Notes: a model not told the origin generated them from the sequence alone. DNA of 64,000 bases from an uncultured Verrucomicrobiae bacterium (GCA_963764165.1 CAVXRD010000002.1:1920001-1984000), one strand, 5' to 3'; numbered from the stretch's first letter, positions 29,517-41,210 are shown. Translations and numbers: made by a program.

Positions 29517-32500
29517 CGCGATCGTGATTGTAAAAGTCGTCCTGATGTTCCAGCGCCACTTCGAAGAATCGGCGGCGCCCCTGCGGCGTGCCGCCGCTTT
29601 CGCCACCCTCGGAAAGCTTGCGGGCTTTGGCCAGCAGCGCTTTGCGCTCCTCCTCGAGGGAAGCGGTGCGTTTCGGATCCAGCGCGAGATCGAAGTATTT
29701 TTTCCCTTCAATCCATGTTTCCAAGCAAAGCGTGGTCGAATCGAGAGGCGATTTTGACCAGACGGCGATGTCGCCGGATTTTCCAACCTCCAGGGAGCCA
29801 ACCAGCTTGTCGACGCGCAATTGAATGGCCGGATTGATGGTCACAAATTTTAGCGCTTCGACTTCGCTCAAGCCGCCATATTTGACAGCTTTGGCCGCGT
29901 CGAGATTGAGCCGGCGGGCGAGGTCATCGGAATCCGAATTGAAAGATACAACCACGCCTCGGTCGTGCATGAGCGTGCCATTGTAAGGAATGGCATCGTA
30001 AACTTCAAACTTGTAGGCCCACCAATCAGAGAACGAGGACCCGCCGATTTTGCCCGCTGCCATCTCGTCCGCTACTTTGTAGCCTTCAAGGACGTGCTGC
30101 ATCGCGGCGATTTGAATGCCGAAACTTTGCATTGTGCGGATGAAATAGAGGATTTCGTCCTGGCGATACGAATGGCAATGGATGAAGCGCTTGCCCTGCA
30201 AAATTTCGCCCAGCGCATCCAATTCCAAATCGCGGGCCGGAGGGACGCCTTGCCCCGTTTTGTTGTATTTGTCCCACGTTTCCAAATACTGTTTCGCCGC
30301 TGTGAAACGGTTTTCGTAGAAGGTCGGCACCCCCATGCGGGTTTGCGGGAAACGGGTCCCGCCGCCGCCGTTGGACTGCTTGACGTTTTCGCCCAGCGCG
30401 AATTTGATCGTCGGCGGCGCTTCGGCAAATTTCATTTCCTCGGGAGTGGCGCCATCGCGCAATTTGATCAGGCAGCATTGCCCGCCGATGGGATTGGCCG
30501 AGCCATGGAGCAGATGAGCCTCCGTCGTGCCGCCCGCCAATTGCAGATATATATTGGCGCTGTCGGCGTTGACAACGTCGCCAATCCGCACCATTGCGGA
30601 AGAGGGAAGGGTGCCTTCGTTGACGCCGCCCAAAATCATGCTGTGGCTATGGCAATCAATGATTCCCGGCGAGACCTCTTTGCCGGTGCCATCTTCAACC
30701 AGCGCCGAATCGGGATGGCGAACTGTTGCGCCGATTTCCGCAATCTTTCCGTTCTCGATTAGGATTGAAGCCTTTTCCAAAACACCAGAGGGGCCGCAAG
30801 TCCAGAGCGTTGCATTCGTGATGAGCAGCGCGGGAGGATTCGTGATTGGGCCGCGACCTTCCATTGGCGAATGCGCGAGGCGCTTCTTCATCAACTCACG
30901 ATTCGCCGCCGAGCGATTGCCGCCACGGCCACCTCGCCCGCCGCCGGGACCTCGGCCTGGGTTTGGAGCCGGTTCGTCGGAATTTTCAGCAACTTTGGAA
31001 TCGTCTGGTTTTGCGGGCGAGTTGGTGCCCGGAGCATTGGTGCCTGCCGAATTGGTGGCCACAGCGTTCGTGCCGAGCGTGTTTGCGCCCGGAGACTTCG
31101 CGTCGTCAGATTTTGCTTCAGCCGAGCGATCTGGACGAGCTGGGGCGTTGGTGCCTGAATCGTCCGCTTCGCTCTTATATATTCTGCCGTCGATCCAGAC
31201 TTCCTTCACTTTCGCGTCCGGATCGAAATAGCCTTTGCCGCTGACGACCGTCAAATCGGCCATTTTGCCCGCCTCAATGGTGCCAAGCGATTTATCAACG
31301 CCGCACAATTTTGCCGGAATCGTGGTCAGTCCCGCCAGCGCGTCATTCTCGCTGTATCCGCGGTCGACTGCGGCAACAACGTTGCGATGGAAGGCGGACT
31401 TGTCGTCCAGTTCGTAGGTGGTCAGCGCCACTTCCAAATTATTGCTGCGCAAGATCGCCGCATCCTCGGGCGCCCAATCCCACGCGCGCAATTGATCGAG
31501 GTTTATGGAGTTCCAATCGTCGTCATCCGACATCTTGGTTATTTCCGGGAAACTCAACGGGAGAATAAACGGAACACCCGCGCTTTTGGCCAGCTCAGGC
31601 CGGCGCCACTCCTGGCCGCTGGCGAGAATGTAATAGTTCAGCCCAAATTCCTGAGCCAGCCGCGTGGCGCGATCCACCATCAACGCGCTCCCGGGCTCGA
31701 AAACCACCGTCATCTTTTTGTCGAGGGCGGGCTCCAGCGCTTTCGACGCCGGATTGAAGGGGGGGCGTTTGTGTCCCAGCGGAGACTTTTCGTAAGCAGC
31801 GCGCTCCAGCGCATCGTGCTGGGCATCATACATCGTCTGTCGGATGGCCGAGATGATGCCCATCAGCGAACTGGGATAGCCGCCGCCGAAACCTCCGCCC
31901 GATTCGAGCGCGATGTGCTGAAACACATCGGCCCGAATGACGGCGTCGTTGGGATTGCTTTCGCCGAGCGAAATAAATGCGCTTGTTCCCTTGATGATTC
32001 CCGTGGACGGAACGACGTTCCCGGCGGTGAATCCCGCGCCGCGCAACGATTGCAAAGCTGCGGCTTCCGGCGCGAGCCCTTCCACCGCGCGATGCTCCGG
32101 AACAATAACGGAAAGCTGCGAACTCGGCCCCGGCGCGCCGGGATCAAGTTCCGCCACAGCCAACCCGTAGAACCGTCCTGCTGTCAAATTCTGGCTTTGA
32201 GGCGGCGGCCCTCCGAAGCGTCCGCGCGTGGGCGCCGCATTGGTGGCGGCGGCGGACGCAATGGTAAGATAAGGATCGATGAACCCGGCGTAAATGGTCG
32301 TCCCCTTCATGTCCCAGACCCGGGCGTCCGGCGGAGCAGTGACGTCTTTTCCAACTTTCTCAATCAACCCATCGCGAATGACGATGGTGGCCGAATCGAG
32401 AGTTTCACCGGGTTTGACAACAACTTTGCCTCCGACGAGAGCATGGACGCCGAGGGGGACGGCCCTGTTGCCGGGAGGCAGAATCTCCGCTTGCGCCGCG

Positions 32501-32556
32501 GCCGCAGCCGTCAAGCACGCCAATCCGAGAGAAATAGTTTTTGGAAACTGGCTCAC
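29494..32556 (-). CDS. Secreted two-domain amidohydrolase family protein
   Basis: Two amidohydrolase modules (GFIDP...GTIEAGKMAD; PGIIDCHSH, HCHSYR, NSDS, GSLEVGK) joined by a low-complexity linker. Confidence 0.85.
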   Translation of the reverse strand: MSQFPKTISLGLACLTAAAAAQAEILPPGNRAVPLGVHALVGGKVVVKPGETLDSATIVIRDGLIEKVGKDVTAPPDARVWDMKGTTIYAGFIDPYLTIASAAATNAAPTRGRFGGPPPQSQNLTAGRFYGLAVAELDPGAPGPSSQLSVIVPEHRAVEGLAPEAAALQSLRGAGFTAGNVVPSTGIIKGTSAFISLGESNPNDAVIRADVFQHIALESGGGFGGGYPSSLMGIISAIRQTMYDAQHDALERAAYEKSPLGHKRPPFNPASKALEPALDKKMTVVFEPGSALMVDRATRLAQEFGLNYYILASGQEWRRPELAKSAGVPFILPLSFPEITKMSDDDDWNSINLDQLRAWDWAPEDAAILRSNNLEVALTTYELDDKSAFHRNVVAAVDRGYSENDALAGLTTIPAKLCGVDKSLGTIEAGKMADLTVVSGKGYFDPDAKVKEVWIDGRIYKSEADDSGTNAPARPDRSAEAKSDDAKSPGANTLGTNAVATNSAGTNAPGTNSPAKPDDSKVAENSDEPAPNPGRGPGGGRGGRGGNRSAANRELMKKRLAHSPMEGRGPITNPPALLITNATLWTCGPSGVLEKASILIENGKIAEIGATVRHPDSALVEDGTGKEVSPGIIDCHSHSMILGGVNEGTLPSSAMVRIGDVVNADSANIYLQLAGGTTEAHLLHGSANPIGGQCCLIKLRDGATPEEMKFAEAPPTIKFALGENVKQSNGGGGTRFPQTRMGVPTFYENRFTAAKQYLETWDKYNKTGQGVPPARDLELDALGEILQGKRFIHCHSYRQDEILYFIRTMQSFGIQIAAMQHVLEGYKVADEMAAGKIGGSSFSDWWAYKFEVYDAIPYNGTLMHDRGVVVSFNSDSDDLARRLNLDAAKAVKYGGLSEVEALKFVTINPAIQLRVDKLVGSLEVGKSGDIAVWSKSPLDSTTLCLETWIEGKKYFDLALDPKRTASLEEERKALLAKARKLSEGGESGGTPQGRRRFFEVALEHQDDFYNHDRDEADGKP

Positions 32557-32619
32557 GAACGGGGGCGAGACTGTCGCCTCTCAAAAACAAATTCAAGCAC
32601 AAATGTTACAAAATTGAGG

Positions 32620-32757
32620 GCCACGCGCTTACACAGATCAACACAGATTTTAAGACCCACGCTTTGATTGACGGCCGAGAGCCCGGTTTAATCATGCATG
32701 ACCGCCCGCCCAGCCCATTTTTGATTCATCTGTGTTGAGCTGTGCAAATCTGTGGCT
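32620..32757. repeat. ACACAGAT-type palindromic element (uninterrupted copy)
   Basis: acacagatcaacacagat ... atctgtgttgagctgtgcaaatctgtggct, built from 10-bp periodic units. Confidence 0.75.
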
Positions 32758-32790
32758 CTAAGGGGCGGATTTGTGGCAGTATTGCCGCAA

Positions 32791-33285
32791 ATGAGCGGCA
32801 GCCACGAATTTTCCGATCTGCTTCCCTCCGATGCGCCCGCCATCCAAGCCCTGATCACAGCGGCGATGGATGCGGATGAAGGCGTCCTGGCGGCGGAGAC
32901 GATTCGCAGGCACTTCGCGGCGGCTGGGGCGGGAATTTCAGACGGACGGAGGTATTATGTTTACAGGGAAGGCGGCTCGGTTGCAGGCATGGTGGGGCTG
33001 CATCACTACGAATGGGGGCCGGCGGAAAATGTCTGGCTCGGCTGGTTTGCAGTGCATCCGAGCCGCCAGGGAAACGGCATTGGCAAATCATTGCTCGCAC
33101 TGGCAGAGAAGAAAGCCCTCGAAACGGGATACAAGAAATTCTTCGTCGAGACCTACGGATCGCCCACCTTTGCCCGGGCGCGGGAATTTTATGCGCGCCA
33201 AGGGTTCGTGGTCGCCGGCCAAGTAGCCAACTACCTTCCCGACGGCGGCGACATGGTTGTCTTCTGCAAATGGCTCAATCGTTGA
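32791..33285 (+). CDS. GNAT family N-acetyltransferase
   Basis: FAVHPSRQGNGIGKSLL acetyl-CoA motif; AREFYARQGF. Confidence 0.88.
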   Translation: MSGSHEFSDLLPSDAPAIQALITAAMDADEGVLAAETIRRHFAAAGAGISDGRRYYVYREGGSVAGMVGLHHYEWGPAENVWLGWFAVHPSRQGNGIGKSLLALAEKKALETGYKKFFVETYGSPTFARAREFYARQGFVVAGQVANYLPDGGDMVVFCKWLNR

Positions 33286-33384
33286 AATCCGATGGTGTCG
33301 CTTCGCTCAACCGCGGCTGCAAGCTGTGCGCCGCCGGCATCTTCCGCCAGCGCGCTTCGGCGCCATATTCTTCTGAGACTGATT

Positions 33385-35718
33385 CTAAGGGGCGTCCATC
33401 GCGCGGGCGATGGAGTTCCACCAAAGGTCATGCAGTTCCGTGAGCGCCCATTTGCCTTCCCATGGGCCGGCTTTGATGGCCAATTCGGCGCCTCCGACAA
33501 TGCCGAGTTTCATTGCGCCTAATCCAAGGATTTTCGCGCGCTCGATGACTTTGGCGGCGTTGTCCGGGGCGACCGAGACAACGACACGGCTCTGCGTTTC
33601 GCCAAATAAAAGCACCTCGAGCCGTGTCGATTCGTTTGCGGAGCTGGACAAATCGATTTGCGCGCCAATCAAGCGGGGCGTTTCGCGGGCGATTTGCTGG
33701 GAGATGCAGCTTTCGGCCAGCGCGACGGCCAGGCCGCCTTCGCTGCAATCGTGCGCGCTCTTGATGCAGCCGGTTTGGATAAACCCGCGCACGGCGTTGT
33801 GAAGCGTGCGCTCTTTTTCCATGTCACAGCGCGGCGGCGTGCCGGTTTTCAAATGGCGCGCGACTTGCAGCCACGCGGAGCCGCCCATGCCGCGCATCGG
33901 GTCTTGTTCGTCAACAATATCTCCCAGCAGCACAATGACGTCGCCCTCGTCCTTGAACCATTGCGTAGTGATGTGTTCGGCTCTTTCGATCAAGCCGACC
34001 AGCGCCACCGTTGGCGTCGGATCGATGGGGCCGTTGGGACTTTGATTGTAGAGGCTGCAATTGCCGCCGGTGACGGGGGCGTTGAAAAATCGGCAAGCCT
34101 CCGCCAGTCCGCGCACGGATTCCTTCAATTGCCAAAACAACTCGGGATTATGCGGGTTGGCAAAATTCAAATTATCGGTCGAACCGAGCGGTGTTGCGCC
34201 TGCGCACGCGAGATTGCGCGCTGCTTCGGCCACCGCTGTTTTTGCGCCTTCGTAAGGATCGAGGTAAACGTAAGTTGCATTGCAATCCACTGTTAGCGCG
34301 ATGTATTTCTCGACCGTCGTGACTGGGCCGCCCACTTCCGGCAGCGAATCTTCCTTGATGCGAATGACCGCCGCGTCCGAACCGGGGCAAACGATTGTGC
34401 CGTCGCGAACAGTATGGTCGTATTGGCGATAGACCCAATTCTTTGAGGCAATTACGGGCCAGGCCAGCAGCGCTTTCAAATCCGCCACCGGGTCCGCCGA
34501 CACGGCCACGCCGGCCAGCGCGAATTCGCGGACGGCTTTCAGATACTCCGGCTCCTTCGCGTCGCGCGTGTAAACCGGCGCTTCGTCGGCCAGTTTCCTC
34601 GCGGGAATGTCCGCCACCACGCTGCCGTTATGTTTGACAACCATGTGACCGGTGTTGGTGACCTGCCCGACTCTGGCCCACGGCAAATCCCACTTGTCGA
34701 AAATCTTTTTGACTTCGTCCTCGCGGCCCGCTTTCACGATGATTAGCATGCGCTCCTGCGATTCGCTGAGCATGATTTCGTAGGAGGTCATCCCCGGCGC
34801 GCGCTGCGGGACGAGCGCCAATTCGATTTCAATTCCCGTTCCGGCGCGTGCGGCTGTTTCGCAAGTGGAGCACGTCAATCCGGCCGCGCCCATGTCCTGA
34901 ATTCCCGCCACCGCGTCGGTCGCCAGCAATTCGAGGCACGCTTCGCAAACCAGCTTCTCCATAAATGGATCGCCGACCTGCACCGCGCCGCGCTGTTGCT
35001 CGGCGGATTCTTCGGTCAAATCGCGCGAGGCAAACGCCGCGCCCGCCAACCCATCCCGCCCCGTCGCGGGGCCGACGTAGAAAACCGGATTCCCTTCGCC
35101 CTTGGCCGCGCCGCGCGCAATTTGCTCGTGGCGCAAGACACCGAGGCAAAAGGCGTTGACCAGCGGATTTCCCTCGTAACTGCTGTCAAAGTAAACTTCG
35201 CCCGCGATGGTCGGAATGCCGAAGCAATTCCCGTAATGCGCGATGCCGCTGACCACGCCGCTGAAAAGCCTTCGATTGTTGGCGGCGCTTCCATTATTCC
35301 CGTTGCCGGTGATCGGGCCGAAGCGCAAGGAATCAATCGCGCAAATGGGCCGCGCTCCCATCGTAAAGATGTCACGTATAATTCCACCGACGCCGGTGGC
35401 CGCGCCCTGGAACGGCTCGACCGCGCTCGGGTGATTGTGGGATTCGATTTTGAACGCGATGGCCAGTCCGTCGCCAATGTCAATAATACCCGCGTTTTCC
35501 TCGCCCGCGCCGACAAGAATGCGCGGCGATTTGGTGGGGAATGTTTTCAGCAGCGGACGCGTGTTTTTATAGGAGCAATGCTCGCTCCACATGACGGAAA
35601 AAATGCCCAATTCCGTGTAGCTCGGAGCGCGCCCGAGGATGCCGAGGATTTTGTCGTATTCCTCGGGGGTGAGGTTGTGCTGCTTGACCAATTCTGGAGT
35701 GATGGCTGGTTCGCTCAT
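33385..35718 (-). CDS. purL: Phosphoribosylformylglycinamidine synthase subunit PurL
   Basis: [39 protein letters not shown]. Confidence 0.97.
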   Translation of the reverse strand: MSEPAITPELVKQHNLTPEEYDKILGILGRAPSYTELGIFSVMWSEHCSYKNTRPLLKTFPTKSPRILVGAGEENAGIIDIGDGLAIAFKIESHNHPSAVEPFQGAATGVGGIIRDIFTMGARPICAIDSLRFGPITGNGNNGSAANNRRLFSGVVSGIAHYGNCFGIPTIAGEVYFDSSYEGNPLVNAFCLGVLRHEQIARGAAKGEGNPVFYVGPATGRDGLAGAAFASRDLTEESAEQQRGAVQVGDPFMEKLVCEACLELLATDAVAGIQDMGAAGLTCSTCETAARAGTGIEIELALVPQRAPGMTSYEIMLSESQERMLIIVKAGREDEVKKIFDKWDLPWARVGQVTNTGHMVVKHNGSVVADIPARKLADEAPVYTRDAKEPEYLKAVREFALAGVAVSADPVADLKALLAWPVIASKNWVYRQYDHTVRDGTIVCPGSDAAVIRIKEDSLPEVGGPVTTVEKYIALTVDCNATYVYLDPYEGAKTAVAEAARNLACAGATPLGSTDNLNFANPHNPELFWQLKESVRGLAEACRFFNAPVTGGNCSLYNQSPNGPIDPTPTVALVGLIERAEHITTQWFKDEGDVIVLLGDIVDEQDPMRGMGGSAWLQVARHLKTGTPPRCDMEKERTLHNAVRGFIQTGCIKSAHDCSEGGLAVALAESCISQQIARETPRLIGAQIDLSSSANESTRLEVLLFGETQSRVVVSVAPDNAAKVIERAKILGLGAMKLGIVGGAELAIKAGPWEGKWALTELHDLWWNSIARAMDAP

Positions 35719-35727
35719 GACTAATTA

Positions 35728-35952
35728 AGGTAGGGACGCCTCGCTGAGGCGTCCGGGTCGAGGTAAGCGCCATTGCCGTTGCTTTCGAACAGTCGGCACG
35801 CTCGGCAGGGCGAGGCTCCTGCCGAGCCGTCTTTGTCGGGGACTGGCTCCGCAGGAGCGTCGCGCCACCGCATTTGCTTGCTCGCGGGAACATCCGTCCT
35901 CGGGCGTGAATAGAGCCTCACCCCGGACGCCTCGGCGAGGCGTCCCTACCTT
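35728..35952. repeat. GTAG REP inverted pair enclosing a second REP-family pair
   Basis: Outer aggtagggacgcctcgctgaggcgtccg / cggacgcctcggcgaggcgtccctacct; inner 35804-35828 and 35845-35869. Confidence 0.85.
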
Positions 35953-35981
35953 GATCAGCGCTTCGCGCAAGTTGTCCATGG

Positions 35982-36692
35982 TCACGCGGCTTTCGCCAAG
36001 CGGCCTTCAAGCCAGCTCACGAGTCCCTCAAAAATCAAACGCCCATCGGCCGAGCCCAAAATATCCTCGCTCGCCCGCTCTGGGTGCGGCATCAGGCCTG
36101 CGACGTTTCTCGCTTCATTACAAATGCCGGCGATGTTTCGCAAAGAGCCATTCGGATTCGCGGCATCGGTCAATTCGCCTTGGGCCGTCGCATACTGCCA
36201 CAAAATTCGATTCTGCTTTTCCAATTGCTCAAGCGTCGCGTCGTCCGCGAAATAACACCCTTCGCCGTGGGCGATGGGAATGCGCAGGATTTTTCCATCC
36301 GGAATTTTATTCGTGAATGGCGATTGCGTGGTCACCGTTTTGAGAAAAACTTTCTCGCAGCGAAATTGGAGCGAGCGATTCCGAATCAACGCGCCTGGCA
36401 GCAAGCCAGCTTCGCAGAGAATTTGAAAGCCGTTGCATATCCCCAGCACCGGACCGCCGCTGGCCGCGAAGTCTCGCACCGCGCCCATGATCGGACTGAA
36501 TCGCGCAATTGCGCCGGTGCGCAAATAATCGCCATAGCTGAATCCTCCCGGGACAATGACCGCGTCAAATCCCGCCAGCGAGCTTTCTTTGTGCCAGACG
36601 AAGCGGCCCGATTTTCCCAAAACGCGGCGCACGACGTGCAGGGCATCCTGGTCGCAATTGGAAGCGGGAAATTGAAGGACGGCAAAATTCAT
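35982..36692 (-). CDS. purQ: Phosphoribosylformylglycinamidine synthase subunit PurQ
   Basis: [35 protein letters not shown]. Confidence 0.97.
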   Translation of the reverse strand: MNFAVLQFPASNCDQDALHVVRRVLGKSGRFVWHKESSLAGFDAVIVPGGFSYGDYLRTGAIARFSPIMGAVRDFAASGGPVLGICNGFQILCEAGLLPGALIRNRSLQFRCEKVFLKTVTTQSPFTNKIPDGKILRIPIAHGEGCYFADDATLEQLEKQNRILWQYATAQGELTDAANPNGSLRNIAGICNEARNVAGLMPHPERASEDILGSADGRLIFEGLVSWLEGRLAKAA

Positions 36693-36703
36693 ATCACATC
36701 ACG

Positions 36704-36943
36704 TTACTCAATCACGAAACGGTAATCCTCGATGACGGGATTGCTGAGAATCTTGTGGCAGGCGTCGTCGATTTGTTTGCGCCACGCCTCGGCGTCCGCG
36801 CCGGGCAATTCAATTTCGAGATATTTGCCGACGTGGACAGCGCCGATGCCGCTGTAGCCCATTTGTTCGAGGGCGTTCTGGACCGTTTTTCCCTGCGGAT
36901 CAAGGACGGCCTTTTTTGGTGTGACGATGATTTTCGCTTTCAT
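36704..36943 (-). CDS. purS: Phosphoribosylformylglycinamidine synthase subunit PurS
   Basis: VLDPQG...VGK...LSNPVIEDY; start at ATG 36943. Confidence 0.95.
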   Translation of the reverse strand: MKAKIIVTPKKAVLDPQGKTVQNALEQMGYSGIGAVHVGKYLEIELPGADAEAWRKQIDDACHKILSNPVIEDYRFVIE

Positions 36944-37027
36944 TTCAAATGGCCGGCGGAGCGCGGCGCACCCGGATGCTAAAGAACGACAGCCGCCGAC
37001 GCCAATATAATTTAAGCCGGGCAGGAA

Positions 37028-37145
37028 AGCCACAGATGGACACAGATCAACACAGATTTTGGGACAAGGCATTTGTTGACAGGCATCGGCGGGCCGCATC
37101 ACGAATCCCGAAATTCTTATCTGTGTTGATCTGTGTCCATCTGTG
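37028..37145. repeat. ACACAGAT element interrupted by the island (candidate attL 37131-37145)
   Basis: Left arm agccacagatggacacagatcaacacagat; right arm breaks after atctgtgttgatctgtgtccatctgtg. Confidence 0.75.
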
Positions 37146-37343
37146 TTCAAGTTTTGCAAAGCCTTGCAAATACGAGGCTTATTGAACCGATGGACGGCCA
37201 CTGTCAGCGGAACTGTCAGTAAAGCGGCGATTGCCAAAACAATTCGCCACAACTGTTCGAGAACTCGCTGAAACTTTGCCACCACTGGCGTTCGAAAACG
37301 CCGCGGATGCAGGACTGGAATATCGAAAACAGGTAATCCAGTT

Positions 37344-38381
37344 ATGAAAACGAAATTCACAATGTTCCGGCGCGGGGAAATGTTCTACATGCAGGACAGC
37401 GCGACGGGGAGACAGACCAGCCTGCGCACCAAAGACGAAACCGAAGCCAAGCGGCTACTAAGCGCCCGCAATGAAGCGCAGCAGCAGCCGACACTTAACC
37501 TTCACCTTGCCCGCGCTTACCTGACGGCAAGCGATCCTGTCTTTGTGGATCGCAATTGGCAGACCGTCATGGAGCAATTGCAGAGCCGAGGCAAGGACAG
37601 CAGCAAAGAGCGTTACGCGAGCGTGTTCAAGTCGGCATCCTTCGACGCCTTGCGCCGAAAGAAATTGTTGGAAACCACCGCCGATGATTTCTTTGCCATA
37701 TTCAAAGACGGCAAAGTGTCCATCGTCGATTTTCTGAAACGGTTGCACAATTTTGCCTTAAGCATGGGCTGGATTGCGCTGCCGGTGGTTGCGCCTTACC
37801 TCTGGCCGAAATATCAGGCCAAAGACCGGCGCGGCATCACTTCGAGCGAACAGCAGAGCATCCTTGCCCACGAGAAGAAACTCGAATGGAAGCTGTTTTT
37901 GGAACTCCTTTGGGAAACTGGCGCGGCCCAAGGCGACGCCGTGAGCATGACCGCCGAGGATGTTGATTGGCAGAGCCGGACGATCACCTATTTTCGGAAA
38001 AAGACTGGCTCGCGGGCGCAGTTCACCATCAGCAACAGGCTGGAAATGGTTTTAAGCCAGTTGCCGCGAACCGGCCCGCTGTTTCCGAACTTATCCCAAT
38101 TCACGTCCAATGACCGGGCAACCCGCTTTCGCCGCCGTTGCCAGCGGGCGGGCGTGTCGGGCGTGACGCTGCATTGCTACCGTTACGCATGGGCAGAACG
38201 GGCGCGGGTTGTCGGGATGCCGGAACGGTTTGCCCAGGCGGCACTCGGTCACAACAGCAGCGCAATTCACCGCGCCTATGCGAAGAAAGCGCAAATCATC
38301 GTGCCATCGCTTGAGGAATACGAAAGGAAGTTTGTGGCAGCCAATGACAACATTTCGCCACAAAAGGCAGTTGCGGCGTGA
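37344..38381 (+). CDS. Tyrosine recombinase/integrase
   Basis: N-terminal arm-binding-like domain; RKKTG, LHCYRYAWA, LGHNS..IHRAY. Confidence 0.88.
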   Translation: MKTKFTMFRRGEMFYMQDSATGRQTSLRTKDETEAKRLLSARNEAQQQPTLNLHLARAYLTASDPVFVDRNWQTVMEQLQSRGKDSSKERYASVFKSASFDALRRKKLLETTADDFFAIFKDGKVSIVDFLKRLHNFALSMGWIALPVVAPYLWPKYQAKDRRGITSSEQQSILAHEKKLEWKLFLELLWETGAAQGDAVSMTAEDVDWQSRTITYFRKKTGSRAQFTISNRLEMVLSQLPRTGPLFPNLSQFTSNDRATRFRRRCQRAGVSGVTLHCYRYAWAERARVVGMPERFAQAALGHNSSAIHRAYAKKAQIIVPSLEEYERKFVAANDNISPQKAVAA

Positions 38382-38481
38382 AGCCGCCAAAATAATACGA
38401 AGCGGTTGAGTCTCAATAACTCAATCGCTTCTTCGCGGGAAACGCACGATTCGAAATGTCTTGATACCTCAGACTCTTTCA

Positions 38482-39417
38482 TCACGACAGAGCCTGCACG
38501 AATGTGTCCGTTCCCATGCCAGCGGGCATCCACACCGCGACGGCGGCAACGCGTTGCGCCAGTGCTCGGCTTTGTGGCGGGCGTTCTTGGAGATTCAAAA
38601 GATGAATCTGAATCGTAAATTCGTCCGCTACTTTAATGTCACGGTCACCCGGATAAACTTCCCCACGTCGAAAATTGCCGCGTTCGATACTTGCACCCTG
38701 AAATAGCTGTTCGATTTCTGAATCCTCGTCCACTGAACGAAGCCTTGGTACCTGCCCATTCCTGGGTGACCAAGACATCAAATAAACGCACGCGGTCGCG
38801 GAAGGATTCCGGTTTAGATATTCTTTTAATTGGAGCAGCAGCCCTATGAATTGCTGGCTGTCACCCGGACTGACGAATTGCAGTTGCGTGAGAAAAGAGT
38901 TGTATAATTCCTCCAAAGCAACGTGCGCATAGCCATGCTTTTGTGCCTCCGTCCGACTCGCATGACCGACGTCTGGCACAAAATTCACTGAGCCGATCAG
39001 CTGATTAACGATTGTCCTATTATGATCCAGAGATGCTTCTGTGAAATGAGGAACGCGTGGATAGAACCACTCTGACGAAAAATTCACATTTTGGTAATCG
39101 AGATCGAGAACACATTTTCGGGTCGGTTCAAATAATTGATCAAGAAAAAATGCTCTCCGCCATTCAGAAAGCGGTCGTCCAGCGACTGCATGCTGCCGGA
39201 GTTGCTCCCGTAAATGTTCTTCATGACTGACATAGGCTGTAAACGCGTCCTGCACTTCGCTTTCTAGGAAAACCCGGCACAGTCCCAGGTAGTTTCGTTT
39301 GTAACCGAGAAACCGCGCCCGCTGTTGTATCGTATCAGCATTGCCGACACCTTTTCCGCGCGGCATATAGGTGATCGTTAATCCTTCGACCGTAAATCCG
39401 CGATCCATAGCTTGGCC
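38482..39417 (-). pseudogene. Z1-domain (SF2-helicase-related) protein, 5'-truncated
   Basis: GQAMDRGFTVEGLTITYMPR...ADTIQQRARFLGYK; in-frame stop just upstream, N-terminal domains absent. Confidence 0.75.
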
Positions 39418-41210
39418 GCGAGTTTACTCAAACGGATTTTGAAAGTCTTTGTCGAAGCGCGGCTTCATCGAAGCATCGCGGAACGAGCATAGGTTATCGC
39501 GGCATAGGGTTTAAATCTGTCGTGGGATTCGCCAAAGTGATTCATATTTTCAGCGGCCAGCTTGAGACAACATTTTCTCGCGAACTGACGGCGCACGCCG
39601 TTCCCCAAGCAACTCGCGTCCCGCTGGTGAGAATCCCGCACCCCGTTGAACCGAGTTTGCGGTCAAAACTCACCGACAGCCTGGATGGACTTACGAGCGA
39701 TGGATTCAAGACTGTGTTTGTTTTTACAGACCTCGTTGCCAGTGGAATCGAAGCTGAGTTTGCTGCGTTTGATCCCACTTCTTTGTTGTTTCTTCGGAAC
39801 ATTCGGCAAGTGGAACTGAAATCTGACATCGAGGCCGTCATCACAATCCGACGCGAAACGGTGGATTCCCGCACACGCTCAATTCGTCTGGCTAGTTCTG
39901 AGGGGGTGAGTAAATGGACGGTGATCGAACGGGATGGTGTGGCTCTAGCGTTTATCCATGCTGAATCTGGAATCGCGCGTCTTGAGGAACGGCAGGCAAT
40001 AATTCACGCCTTTCTGCCCACGCTCGAAACAACAGGCTTTCCGTTCAAAGTGAATGGGGATATTTCAACCGACCCTTCCCGCACCCGGATTATTTTGGAT
40101 GAGCGCACTGCCTCAGGCATTAATTCCGCCGCCAAATTGATGGTTGATCTGATTGCCGAGTGTCTCAACGCTGCATCGCCGCAAGCAGACACGAAATTAC
40201 TTGCCGCCCTTATGCCGATTTCCGATCCGCGAATGGCTTCATTTCAAAGACGAAGTTTCAGGACCGAGCTTTATTCCGCGATCAAACGCGAAGCTAATGG
40301 ACGTTTTGGCGGTTTTCTGTGTCGTCCCCAATGGCTAAATGCAGTCGATTTCTCTAAGCTAACGGAAGCGTCGGGGGCTAAATCTGTCCCTCGCAATTTG
40401 GAAAGTGTCGAGGGATTATCTGGCTTTCTCAAATTTCTCGGAGCGGGAGAAGCAACACTGAAGGATTTCTCGCCCGCTTTGACCCAGGCCGCACCTTCTT
40501 TGGCGGGCGCCGCTGAAATCGTCACACACCTGACAAATCTTCATGCCACGAAACAAATTCAGGCTGATTCAATCAAATCGGATTGGAAGCTATGGCCGGT
40601 GGACGAAATGCCGCTTTCGTTGGATGAAGCCAAAAACACATCCAAACCACTTGCTCAAAGCTTTACGGATTTGATTGCCGAGAAGTCAGGAAGCAGGACT
40701 GAATTGCCGCGAATGGTTGAAAGCCTCACCGACGCGCCGACAGCAACCACGCTGATTCCGAGCAAGCCGTTAATACCATCTCAGTCAAATGATGTAGTTG
40801 CGTCTCAGAAATCGCCAAGTCAACAATTCAGCTTAAAACGCTGGCGGGGTGCAGAGCAGCAAGTGCTTGCAGTTCTGGTAGCATGGGGGTGGAAAGTCGA
40901 GGATGTAAGCCGACAAAATATCGGCTACGACATTGAAGGAAGCACGCCAGAAGATGAGCCGGTGTGCATCGAGGTCAAATCTATCGATTATCCCGGCCAA
41001 TCTTTTACGCTCACGAGCAATGAAGAGGCGGTTGCGAGAGAAAAGGGCGATTCTTATAGACTAGCATTGGTTCGGCAGACCAACACACACCTTGAGATTG
41101 CTTTCATCCGCGACCCGGCGCGTCAACTAAAGGTCACGCGGCAGTGCCGACAATGGGTTTGGGAATGTGCCACGTACGAATTCACGCCGGAAAGGTTTCG
41201 ACTTGAATAG
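39414..41210 (+). pseudogene. Sacsin-like GHKL ATPase + DUF3883 nuclease, 5'-truncated
   Basis: GREFTQTDFESLCRSAASSK...IGYRGIGFKSV lies in frame upstream of the called start; LLFLRNI; C-terminal VSRQNIGYDI...IEVKS...LTSNE. Confidence 0.75.

Noticed and set aside
31387..32667. 426-aa plus-strand ORF
   Set aside because: Antisense to the amidohydrolase; no recognisable domain
37028..37145. CRISPR array from ACACAGAT units
   Set aside because: 10-bp periodic units in inverted arms, no unique spacers, no cas genes in the window
36944..37360. 139-aa N-terminal extension of PurS
   Set aside because: Read-through across the repeat and island end; PurS homology starts at MKAKII
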